NCBI RefSeq assembly: GCF_037042905.1
Contig: NC_087263.1
Span: 8,434,001 to 8,498,000, forward strand
DNA: 64,000 bases
Source of the DNA: Lytechinus pictus
Lineage: Eukaryota
Direction: 5' to 3'
The notes under the pieces are model-generated. The model did no database searches. It saw nothing but the letters and a program-made list of their open reading frames with translations, and was not told where the DNA came from. Both the position numbers and the translations under genes were made by a program. This document shows positions 39,301-51,500 of this stretch, one piece after another; position 1 is the first letter of the stretch, and every line of letters begins with the position of its first letter.

Positions 39301-39913
39301 CTATATATATGTATGACTCATGAGACACAGACACGTATCTCACTACACAGATAGTACGAGTGCCGAGAGTGAGCTCAAATTTCTTTATATTCTGAGCTGA
39401 AAACTTGATATTCTAAGCATTTTTGGTACCAATGATTAAGATTTGTATCTAAAAGAGAATAGATGCGAGCGCGAAGCGCGAGCTGAAAATTTTGATATTT
39501 CGATCTGAAAAAATGACAGTTTACTGGACGTTTTTGATAAAGAACAATCTATATATCCAAGAAAAGATGATTGCAAATTGAAGCAGTTCTTTTGAGGCTT
39601 AGAACTGAAAATGGGACATTTACATTCACCAATTTAATCATGAAAAGTATGGGTTTTTGCTACAGAAATGATGCGAGCGCGAAGCGCGAGCTGAAAATTT
39701 TTATATTCCAATCTGAAAAGCGGACATTTTGAGCACGATTTTAAATAAAGAACGAGTTGTGTATCTCAATCTCGCTTGCTGAACATTACAATCTTGTTTT
39801 TTTTTTAATGCATATCCGGAATTATTGGGGGGGCAAAATGATATGTTTGCCCCCCCAATATTTTCATTGGTGGGGCGATCGCCCCCCCTGCCCCCCCAGG
39901 ATCGACGCCTCTG
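39141..39913. mobile_element. hAT-like non-autonomous element with 8-bp TSD
   Basis: TSD caaaacgg at 39133-39140 and 39914-39921; TIR caggggcgtcgatcc / ggatcgacgcctctg; internal (CA)/(TA) microsatellite and gcgagcgcgaagcgcgagc motifs. Confidence 0.9.
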
Positions 39914-39989
39914 CAAAACGGTGATATGCACAACTAAGTTACTAAGTGTCAGTGACATTGACAGTGTCAGTGTCAGTGACAGTGACATG

Positions 39990-41001
39990 TAGCAACAGCA
40001 GCAATAACCTCTTCCTCCCCCACACCCTTGCGAAGCTCTGGAAAACTTTCTGCCTACCCCGAATGACCTATGGCTCACAGCTCCTGTGTTTCACTCAATC
40101 CTCACTCAACAAACTTGATTCTGCCCAACACTCCCTTTTCAAGAAACTCTTGGGTCTACCGAGATCTGCCCCCAATATCTCTATCTTCCTGCTAACTGAC
40201 CTACTTCACCTCTCCTGCGAGATTGAACTGAACACTTTCCTTCTGATAGGACAGCTCTTCAACATCGACCATAGTAGATTTGAATTTCGCTCATTCCTCC
40301 ATGCCCTCTCCACCAAGACTCCTACTATCATCTACTGGAATAAACTGCTCTCTAAGTACAACCTTCCCTCACTCACCTCTCTCCTATCTGAAGATTTCTC
40401 ATACCACCGCTGGAAAACTCTGTGTAGGAGTAAAGTGTATGATGCCCAAATGGAAGAAGCCAGAGTGTGCATTGAGAAATTCTCATCCCTCAGCCTATGG
40501 AGTAACCTCTCAATGCTCCCCAAGATATCGTCACTTTACCCCTCTTCACTACCAACCCATCTTCGATCAGCTGTGATCTTACGCGCTCAGCTGCTTACGT
40601 CCACTTATCCCACACAACGACGCCTAGTCACCATCGGGAAGAGCACAGACCCAACCTGCAAGCTCTGCTCTCTAGAAGAAGAAACCACTACCCATTTTCT
40701 TGCCTCATGTCCAGTCCTTTTGACACAGCGTCTGGACCTACTACAGCATGTTGAGAACCTTGACTTGCCTGCACACATCCTAAATGATTTCACTGGAAAT
40801 GACCCCCTCATCCTTGCATCCTCCATCCTCTTTCCCTCACACTCTCTGCCCTCCTCTTCTGCTTCCTCTTTGACATGTCACTGCCTAAGATACATCTTAA
40901 AAATCCACCTATGTCGACAGCACCATCAAGAAAGGACCTGAACTTTGCGGCTTGCCGCCGATCTCCGAAGACCGGAGGAAGAAAATATACAATACAATAC
41001 A
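39990..41001 (+). mobile_element. 5'-truncated non-LTR retrotransposon: intact C-terminal ORF2 with CCHC finger and (ATACA)n tail
   Basis: ORF 39946-40941: LWKTFCLPRMTYG..LNKLDSAQHSLFKKLLGLPRSAPN..CKLCSLEEETTTHFLASC; short 3' UTR ending atacaatacaatacat. Confidence 0.85.
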
Positions 41002-41513
41002 TGCAAACGAGACAGTCGATGTCCCTCACTATTTCTTTTTTTTTTTTACTTTTTACAAATTTGACAATTGGGACCAACTAAACCGCATAGTATCAAACAA
41101 TGCTTATTCCATAATTCCACATGTAACTTCAGGGAGGAATTAACCGTTGTTTCACTTGACAATGTCTTTTTTAGGAGAAAATTAGCATATTTCATATTTC
41201 ATATAATAAAATACAATAGTGAGTGGATGATGACATCATTTTCCTCATTTGCATACCGACCAGGATGTGCATATAACTGTCTTAATTGTGAAATTAAGCA
41301 AAACTTTGAAATGTCATAACTTTCTTATCTTTGACTTTAGTCTTTACTCTTAGATCCGATTTGAGAAATTTTCAGTGTTAATTCATTTCTTTTGACTTTT
41401 GTAGTCGGATTTTTCTCTTTTTATTTAAATAAACTTGAACTTGAAGGGTGATGTTGCACTTCTTCTATTTTTCTAAATAATGTGGCATTATCCATTCTTT
41501 ACCTACACATTAC

Positions 41514-41760
41514 CTTTTCTAGGCGATCCTTGTTGACTTCAACGATTGATGATGAAACTCTGGCTCAGCTGCATCCAGCCTACGGTTCCAGTATTCCAGC
41601 TGCTCGGCCTCGGGAGCCTCTCCACAACAACGTACGGTACGGTACGGTACTCCGTAGTCCCGGCCGTACAGCGCCGCAAGCCCACCAGGGGCACCACCAG
41701 CTACCGTTACCGTACCCCAGCCGGCGATGGATTAGTTTAGCTAAACTTAAGTTAACACAT
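41514..41760 (-). other. Probable non-coding 5' exon of the zinc-finger gene
   Basis: CpG-rich non-repeat segment ending in donor AAG|gtaatg at 41514; an in-frame stop lies upstream of the 36253 ATG; 5' boundary unknown. Confidence 0.45.
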
Positions 41761-42254
41761 CAACACTCAGCGGTTCATTTTAGTTGCGCTAATCTTTGCC
41801 TTTTGGAGTAGTTCCTACCTAAGTAAGGGACGCTAAGGACTTCTAATCAGGCTCCAAAGGAATAATGGGACGATGCGAAATCTCCAGTGCGGAGCAAATT
41901 CTGCTGGAAACCAATTTTTTGCACAATAAATCAATAATATGGTGTACGTCATTTCACAAATTAAAAAGGAAATTAATGCACTGGCTAGCCACCCGCGCAC
42001 ACACCTGAACATGAATGCATGGCAATCAGAGTTCTGTAACACTTGCTAACTTTGATTGGATCATATAATTAAAAAAATGGGTCAAATCTTTACGCATGTA
42101 GATTAAGACATTATTTCCACCATTCTACCCCCTACGGAAAAACGCAGTATGTGAGATTTTCCCTTAATTTTCAAATTTTCACCTTAATTTTTTTCAGAAA
42201 AGTCAGAGAGAGGGGAGAGGGAGAGCAACATAGAAAGAGAACTTGGCCACAGAG

Positions 42255-42640
42255 ATTTAGAGGGGGGTGGCGAGGACATTATGCGAGTCAATTCATTCAT
42301 GATTCATAAAGAAACAGAGAGAGTGTGCTAGGAGAGATGAAGGGAGGGAGATTGCAAGCGAGAGGGGGAGAGAGAAACTTGAGGAAGCGGGGAGAGGGGG
42401 ATTAGAGTCCATTCATTTATGTACAAGAGTGTGCTCGTCCATTCATTCATGTACAAATTGATGAAGCTATAGAACTATCGCCAAGTCCATGCGCCTGCGC
42501 ACTTCAGATTTCTAGCTCAATTTATGAATAATTCATGTCCCATAGCGTTTCCATGTACGGAAAATATATTCGCAAACCGGCCGCCATTTTCTTACCAAAT
42601 ATAATAAATTACGTCTTCGGTCGTTGCCATAGAGCAACGG
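42255..42640. promoter_or_regulatory. GA-rich tract plus NRF1-, YY1- and RFX-like motifs in the divergent ZNF/RPL10A interval
   Basis: tgcgcctgcgca (about 42490), ccgccatttt (42581), gttgccatagagcaac (about 42623); block duplicated at about 45070-45464. Confidence 0.45.
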
Positions 42641-44295
42641 ATTAATTTCTAAAAAAATAATCGTATAGCAATTCCCCTTAATAGGTAGATATACATGGTG
42701 TAAATGCCCCAATTAATATTTCAGTTTAATGCAAGCTTCCAATTCTCCCCTCTCTCTCAGTTCCTCTATTGCCTTCCTCTCTCTCTCTTAAGTAAAAAAA
42801 ACAAAGACATAAATGTAGTGTCTTTGGAAAATGAATTTTTGCTTTTGATCGACATCACGCGTTCGTCCATCTCACATCGCTATTTTTACCATTTAGATGA
42901 CCATGTCGTCGGTGATCATTCGAACTGTCGCACAGGTACGACATTTCAAACCCATTTCTGAGAAATTTTACTTCAAAGTTTGTTAAAATTCCAACAGTTT
43001 GAGTGATTTATGATTTAGTTATACAACCCCCACGTCACATACCCAATACGTCAAAAGCTATTAATACCAAGGAGCAACAGCGGTGCCCATGCACCCCCAA
43101 ATAAAATTAAAGTTTTAATGTCGAATATTCCTTGCAGACACATATAAATCATTTTGTGGGGGCTGAACGAGGTCACTTTATAGTCAAAACATTACAAAAT
43201 CAGAGGATATTGTATAACGAGTACAAGGGAATGATTGTGCGAATGGTGCTGTATACAGAAATAGGTCTACACTCTAAAAATAGTTGGGCAAAAATTTCCA
43301 ACTTTTAACCAACCCTGGGCAACATACAACTGTCCATACAACTATTGGTAAAAATCTGTCCAAATTGGGTAATAAATTTGTTCAGTTGGATATAAATATA
43401 TATATTTCTACCAACATCCATTACCCAACACAGTGGACAGTATGTTGCCCAACATTTTAAGTGTGTATGGTGAGAGAGGAAAACATGAGCTAGACAGGAG
43501 AGACAAAATTAGGGGGATATTTCAGAACCTATCAGTTAATGAAACTTGATAATCTAAATTATTTCATCTGTGCCTGTAGAAATTAAGTAAATTTTTGGAC
43601 CAAAATAATAAAAAACAATCAGAATTTATTCATTTATTTTTATTCCTTAAAATATCTTTATACAAGATAACAAGCTCGATCAGAATGACTGTTTTATCAG
43701 CATGGTCCTGTTAACATGAAATAACAATATATACATAATTTATATAAATCATTGCAAAACCATCCATTGCACAAATTGAATGCTTAAGATATTGCATACA
43801 TAAATTTTAAAGCTATTCGCCAGATAAAATTCATGAAGATACATGTATAATATATTTAAAAAAATGGCAAGGCTTGCAATCAATCTCTGACCATATCGAT
43901 ATAGTTGCTGCTACCCTGTTTGGCGTTCGACAATTATTAAAGGGATCAGAGCCTCGTCAATCTGGCGCTGCACAGCGGCTGCCAGGCCCACGATCAAATG
44001 GGCAAAACAAATTTTCGGAGTCACTCCGAAAATTTCTGGTGTCTATTTCGAACAATAAAATATGGATTTTTTTTTTTTTTTTTTTTTTTTGGGGGGGGGG
44101 GATATTACATATTATAAAAAAGTTATTTTTTGTCAAAGACTGAGTGAGGAATTAAAGGTTCTCTGGACAGTTACCCCCAAAACGATTATGAACTTGCGAC
44201 TTTTTATAATTATATTGGACATTATTATATTGCGTAACATGAAAAGGTCTATCGTAATAAAAACCCACTGTGCGAATATTTAGCTGTTCCATTAA

Positions 44296-44907
44296 AGGGA
44301 TAGTCCGGGTTAAAATATTTCTATCTAAATAAATAGAGTAAAATTCACAAAGCAAAATGCTGAAAATTTCATAAAAATTGGATCAGAAATAACGAAGTTA
44401 TTGAATTTTAAAGTTTATCAATATTTTGTGAGAACAGTTATATGCACATCGTCATGAATATTCATCAGGTGGGCTGATGATATAACATCCTGACCTTCCT
44501 TTTTCTGTTATTACATGAAATCATAATTGTTTCACTTTTTTTCATACATGTGTAGATGATGTGTCTCCATTATGATGAAATAAGTTGCGGCAATAACTAA
44601 CTAATACACTTAATCAGTTGCCAATCCAATTGTTTCAGTTCTTGGTAGACAAATTTTGAATAAACCTAATTTCATATAATAAAATACAAAAGAACAAGTC
44701 ATGCAAGTGGGGATATGACATCATCAGCCCACCTAATGAATATTCATAAAGACATGCCTAGAACTGTTTCGCCGGAATGATGCAAATTTTTTTAATTCAA
44801 TAATTTTGTTATTTGTTATCCGATTTTGATCAAATTTGCAGCATTTTGCTTTGTGAATCTTACTTTTTTTTATTGAGATATAAATATCTCCAGCATGGAC
44901 CATCCCT
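44296..44907. mobile_element. Palindromic MITE with TTAA flanks (family of 1419-1995)
   Basis: ttaa|AGGGATAGTCCGGG ... GGACCATCCCT|ttaa. Confidence 0.85.
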
Positions 44908-45726
44908 TTAATTAGTCAAGAGTAGATCCACAAATTTGAGCGCGGGAGCGAGGATGGATCAAGGGGGAAAAGGCGAGATGGGATAGAAGGGGAGAGATTG
45001 CAAGAGGGAGGTTGAGAGAAACATATGAGTGCAAGAGAGAGAGAGAGAGTGAAACTACTATATAGAGAGGAGGGGGTGGCGAGGACCATTATGCGAGTAA
45101 GGCCATTCAGTCATGTTTCAGAAAGAAACATAGTGAGAGAGAGAGGTTGCATGAAAGTGGGGGGAGCACAAAGAGAAAGAGAACGAAACATAAATTTAGA
45201 TGGAGGGGTGGCGAGGACATTCATTGCGAGAGAGAGATTGCAAGAGAGAGGGGAAGAGAGAAATCGAAACTTGAGGAAGCAGGGAGAGGGGGATGGAGTC
45301 ATTTATGTATACAAAAAGAGTGTGCTCGTCCATTCGTTCATGTACAAATTGATGAAGCTATAGAACTATCGCGAAGTCCATGCGCCTGCGCACTTCAGAT
45401 TTTTAGCTCAATTTATGAATAATTCATGTCCCATAGCGTTTCCATGTACGGAAAAAATATTCGCGGCCGGTTTACGTGCGCGCTATTATGAGTCAGCACT
45501 CTAGTTTATTTTATCCACCTCTATGGTTCTGTGGCTGTCTTATGGATCCTCGATCATTAATTAGTCTTATTCTATTTTTAAAAAATACCATAAAACAAAT
45601 TTTTGAAGGATTAAAGAGATTGAAATTTTCAAAATTTTCAAAATTTTTATTATTATCATTTTAATTCTTCATCTGTCTTTATTCGATGTAAGCTGAGTAC
45701 AAATATTTTAATACTCAACGATTATC

Positions 45727-45759
45727 AGTCTTTTTACTGTTGAACGCATCCGTGGCAAG
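45727..45759 (+). promoter_or_regulatory. TCT initiator / 5'TOP leader of RPL10A
   Basis: agtCTTTTTactg about 30 nt upstream of aagATGAG|gtatat, the layout typical of ribosomal-protein genes. Confidence 0.7.
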
Positions 45760-48505
45760 ATGAGGTATATTTTCTCGTGACAAATATCAATATAAATCCA
45801 TCGTAATCATGTACAATTAAATGTAATATCAAGATTTTGAATGTATAAGAATTTCAAGATAACATGATCGTTTATTTAAAGGAGGTATTCGTCGCGCATA
45901 GTAGCAATATGACAGAAAATATAGACCTATATCATTGCTATTTGGGGCCTACATGTACATATAATCTCGTGTGATACGTGAGCTGTACATCATGTAACAC
46001 TTGCATAGGCCATATAGGCCTAATGATATATATACAGGCATAGCGGGTGGGCGCTCATGCAGTTTCGCACCGGCCGACTTCCCCACCAGAAATTGTTGGC
46101 ATTATCTTGGTTGCGGTTTAGGCCAAGTAAAAGCAGAAATTAGTTGATTGTCCTCGCTGGCATTTTTTTGGCAGCTGACTAAAATCTATTTTCAAAAATT
46201 GGCTAGGACCTATAAAAAGTAGGCCCTATATTTTTTATCGAAAGTTATGTTTGTCGTCCGTGCCCGCTTCCCTTTTTGATTGCCCCCTCAATTTTTATTT
46301 TTTTAAATCTAACGTAGTCGTAGGCCTATTCTAGAGTCTAGATCTAGGTCCTACTTTGCTGCTGAAAAGCAACAAAAATACCCAAGAATCAGATTGGCAA
46401 GTGATTGTGATTTCAGATTTGCTCTCATGAATTGTGCTCTGGCAGTAGAGGCGCACGGCCAATATTGGAGACTGTCTCCAATGTGGGAGATTATCTCCAA
46501 CATCAGAGACTTTTGTAATGAATTTGGGTATCCAATTTCAGAGACAGTCTCCAGTTTTGGAGTCCAATTTCCTTTGTTTACATTTGCTGCAAAAGGATTA
46601 CCTTGGCGGCAAATAAAAATGTGATAGGACTAAGCAGATTCCTCATGAAAAAATACCCCTTTTCACCGTCTACTTTAAATATTCACCGTCTACTTTTGTT
46701 TTGATAAGGATTTTTGTTGTCAATCACACACAAAACAAATGGGCTTCTGACCTCAGTGAGACAAAATTTTGGGTGGAAAAAATCATGCTTTAGTTGGTGT
46801 TGTTTCTTTTGTCCTTTTGCAAAGCAAGTCTCCAATGTGGGAGATTGTCTCCCCTATTGGAGAGAGTCTCCCATATTGGCCGTGCGCCTCTACTGTCTGG
46901 CCGTCTGGGTAGCCAGGCGGCTTCTTCTAGAGAGTAAAAATCATTTACTAACGTAAGGTTACTCTCATACGAAGCCAGGCCTTCTAATCTCATAGTCATA
47001 CTAGCCTACTACTAGTAGGGTGTCTGGAGAAAAAAATTATTTTTCTTAGGCCAAGTAAAAAAAGATAGTAGTTGATCGTCCGGGTTTTCCGAGAGCAGTG
47101 ATGAGGGAGGGCCTTACTATTTGCTATCTTGCTATTTTTTTTAAAAACAAGGAGGCATTTTCTCGGCCCATTTTTTGACATCAGTGATGAGGGAGGTCCT
47201 TACTATTTACTATTTTTTTTGCTATTTTTTATTCAAATGATTGTCAGGCCATGTCAAGCTCGAATTATGTGATCGATGCATGCTCAATATTAATAATAAA
47301 TGAGTAGAAATATATATATATATGCGTAATATATATACATGTATACAATTGATTGGAAATCTATATGGAAAATGTATTATGCGATAAAAATCTATTGAAG
47401 TATTACTGATGTATACCAGTACTTGTTGTAAAACAAAATGTTCATGTAAAGTGAATGATTTAAGTATTAATATATATAAGGGTAAAAAATTATTGGGGGG
47501 GGTCATTTTTATTACCATGGAGCCATGTTCAGTTTTCCAGAGCCAATATCTTTTTTTACTTTAGGAAGTTTAGCTCTGGGCATGGTTTCGCATCGCAGTT
47601 TCCAGCTGCTTGTATATTCGTTTACATAATGTTTAATACTGTTCAATTTTTATTCATTTTTTTAATTGATATCAAATGCTAAATGATTATTGAATTAATT
47701 GTTCACATAATGTTTATTATTTCAATATTTGTAACTGTTAGTGTTAGATCTATTTACTAATTTTTACAATTGTCCATCAAATTGAATAGCTCGAGGAAGA
47801 ATGAAGTTTATCAAATTTGAACAGAATTGGCACTTACTGGAATCCCATTAATGATTTTCAATATTGATAATGAATAACCCACTTGAAATTATTTTTTGAA
47901 TATTCAATTCAATGCATTGCCTGCTGACGTAAGAAAACTTGCCAGAAAATTCAATTCATTTCACATGTCGCGCCAGCAGTCAATCACATCATCCCAGCAC
48001 ACATTGCATTCACCCAACAGAGTCGACAGTCACAAGCACAGCTCATTCACCGTAACACACATCGAAGTACAGGCGCTATCACTCACCAAAATACCCCGCT
48101 AAAATACAAATTACATCATTAAAAATGATTTATCTGCGCCATATTTCCAAAGCACGCGACGGATTAGTTCAGATTCAGGAAGCGGGGTCCCCGAAAATGC
48201 ACTAAAAATGAAGAAATCCGTGATCTTTTCCGAGTTTGCAAACTTTATTTTCTCGCTAATTAATGACGGTATCTTCAAAATTCCAATAAAAAACCAAATC
48301 AGAATTTTTTTCCTTCTTGCAGTTACGGCGATATCGGACTTAGCAATTGTTTTTGAAGTTGCGAGAGAGATCCCAGAGCACATGAGAGCAAATCACTCGC
48401 CAATCTTGTAAATTTTTTCGCTATTCAGCAGCCATAAAAATAGTAAATATCAAGAAATTGATGCTGCAATCAAAAAGGAAAGCAGGCACGGAGGAGAAAC
48501 ATCAC

Positions 48506-48550
<45 letters not shown>

Positions 48551-51500
48551 CCAATTTTTGAAAATAGTAAATAGTAAAAATTTTCATGCGGCGGCCAAAA
48601 TAGATGCGCGCGAGGACGATCAACTACTTTCTTTTTTTACTTGGCCTTATTTCAAGGAAATATCACATTTTCTTTGTGAATTTGAAGAGAAAAAACCTTC
48701 AGACTGACAGAAATGTAGGCCTAATATTTTTTGAAAAAATCCTATTATTGGCTGCAAAAAAGAAGATTGAAATTAGGGCCTAGGTCAATTTTCAGCATTT
48801 CCCTGCCATAGACTGTAGTTAAGAAATGGACACACACAAATCCTAATTTTTAGCTTCCGAGAGCTGTTATAAATTTATTATTAATGCCAAAAACTTGTCC
48901 AGAAAGTGTCTAATAGGAATTTTTATGCTCTTTCCGATGGTATGATTTTTATAAAGATTTGGATTTCTGAGTTCACAATGAAAAATTGCGTCAAAGTGAA
49001 AAAATTTGTGCAAAACGGAAATGTCATTTTCCCATAGAAAACGCATGGGGAAATAACAATCTCAACACACATACAAATAAGGGTTTGCAATTTATTTCTA
49101 AATCCTTATTTCAAATAATCCTATAAACTTGTCCTTACTGTCAAAAGAAGCCCCTGAATTTTCTCTTTCCATACATGCCAAACAAAAGTTAATAATCAAT
49201 TCAGATCACATTTTTTTAGCAGCCTGAATTTCCCGAAAAAAGTGTGCCATATTTTCCCCTAAATCAGCCTGTTTTAAGCTGACACTTTTCAGTGTGGCTT
49301 CAGACACCCTAATACTAGACCCACACATTGGAAGCCAAAACCTGAAACTTTCACCCCCGAGATTTCTACTTTCCTTCTAAAAGATCTATCATCTAGGCCT
49401 AGCTCTAAATCATGTAGGCCTACATGGGATAAAACTTCATTTCTACGCTCTCGTTGTTATTTTTAAAACAAGAATTCATCAAAAATATGAAAAAATATTG
49501 TGAAAAGTCGGAAGAGACTTGCCTGATGTTTACGCCGCCATCTTGTTTCTTAATGTACTTCCCCAACGTTACGGACGCGAGCGTCGCGTAACGTTGGGGA
49601 AGTACAATAAGAAATCTCGGGGGTGAAAGTTTCAGGTTTTGGCTTCCAATGTGTGGGTCTATGACTATGAGATAGAAGGCCTGGCTTCGTATGAGAGTAA
49701 CCTTACGTTAGTAAATGATTTTTACTCTCTAGAAGCCGCCTGGCTACGTCTGGGATCCATCTTGCAACTTCCTACAAACAATTGCAAAGTCCGATTGCCA
49801 TAACTGCGATAAAGAAAAAATTCTGATTTGTTTTTTTATGGGTAATTTTGAAGATATGATCATAATTAGCAAGAAAATAAAGTTTGCAAACTCTGGCCCC
49901 TGGGAAAAAAATTACAGATTTATCTTGGAGGACCATGCTTCCTGAATCTGAACTAATCAGTCGCATGCTTTGGAAATATGGTGCAGATGAATCAATTTCA
50001 ATGAAGTAATTTGTATTTCAGCGGGGGTTTTGGTGAGTGATAGTGCATGTACTTTGGTGTGTGTCGCGGTGATTGACTGTGCATGTGATGTGTGCTACGG
50101 TGATGTGATTGACTATGACTGCTGGCGCGATGCGAATTTGTGAAATGAATAATTTGTTATACCGAGGTTTTTTTACCTGACTGCTAAGAAAGCACGAATG
50201 CCTGTGAGCAAGCAATTAGGGGACCAACGGCTTAAGGTCCTCTTCGAGGGACCTGGTAATGCCTTACCAAAGGGCACTAGCGCACCACTTGGGAATCGAA
50301 CCCGGGTCACCGAATCCGAAACCCCGCTCTACCGACTGAGCTATCGCGCCTCAAAATTTTCTTGAGAGTATTATAATGTTAGCTATCCAGCGGCAATGCA
50401 TTTGTGAGTTATTTATTATTGATCAAGAAATTGAAAATTATGGAAAGGATTTCGGTTCTGTTCATATTTGATAAACTTCATCCTTCCTGAGCTATTCAAT
50501 TTGATGGACAATTGTAAGTTGAATCTTACAGTTAAGTTAAACAGTTACAAATATTGAAATAATAAACATTAAGTGAACAATTAATTCAATAATCATGTAA
50601 CAATTGATATCAATAAATGAAAATGAATCAGTAGCAATTGAATAATTAATATTAAACATTCTTTAAAGGACAAGTACACCCCTAAAAAATGTTGATTTGA
50701 ATTAAAAAAAAAAAATCCCACAAGCATAACACTGAAAATTTCATCAACCATATAATAAAAAACAATGAGTGATGGCCATCATCGCCTGTCTCATTTTCAT
50801 GTCACTGAGTTGTGTATATCACTGTTTTGTGAAAAATAAGCGAAAGTTTAAAATGTCATAACTCTCTTATTTTATGTCCGATTTTGATGAAATTTTCAGT
50901 TTTATATTAATTTGATTTTTTTTTCTCTATTTATTCAAATCAACATTTTTCTGGGGTGGACTTGACCTTTAACAAGAATTATCAAAAAGCAAACCCATGG
51001 ATTTGATTTTGATGACATGGAATGTGCTTAAAACAAGCAGTGGTTTATAATGGCAAATGATATTTGTAATCCCCAGAGCATTATTGAATTCAGTTAGATT
51101 TTCCTGGTCTCTCGTAGTTCAATTCTTTGAAGGTCAGGGCATGTCAGTAGTGTATGAACCTTGTCATTGTGATTAAAAACGGTGCTATTAAAATATCTCC
51201 TACATTTTCTCTTTTTTTTTCTCTCCCTTGCAGTAAGGTATCAAGAGACACGTTGTACGAGGCTGTCCAGGAACTCCAGAAGGGCTCCAAAGAGAAGAAG
51301 AGGAAATTCCTGGAGACGGTCGAACTCCAAGTCAACCTCAAGAACTACGACCCCCAGAAGGACAAGCGTTTCTCCGGAACTGTCAAGTAGGACCCAGCCC
51401 ATGCTGCGGCTGTTTACCTTTTTAAACCTAGCTTGGTCTCGCTAGGTAGTTGGTCTGAGGGCACTGTGGTTTGTAGAGTCCAGTTGTCATATAGTCATTC

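Noticed and set aside
39946..40941. 331-aa ORF as a cellular gene
   Set aside because: Starts in a microsatellite without ATG; matches LINE ORF2 C-terminus and ends in a simple-repeat tail
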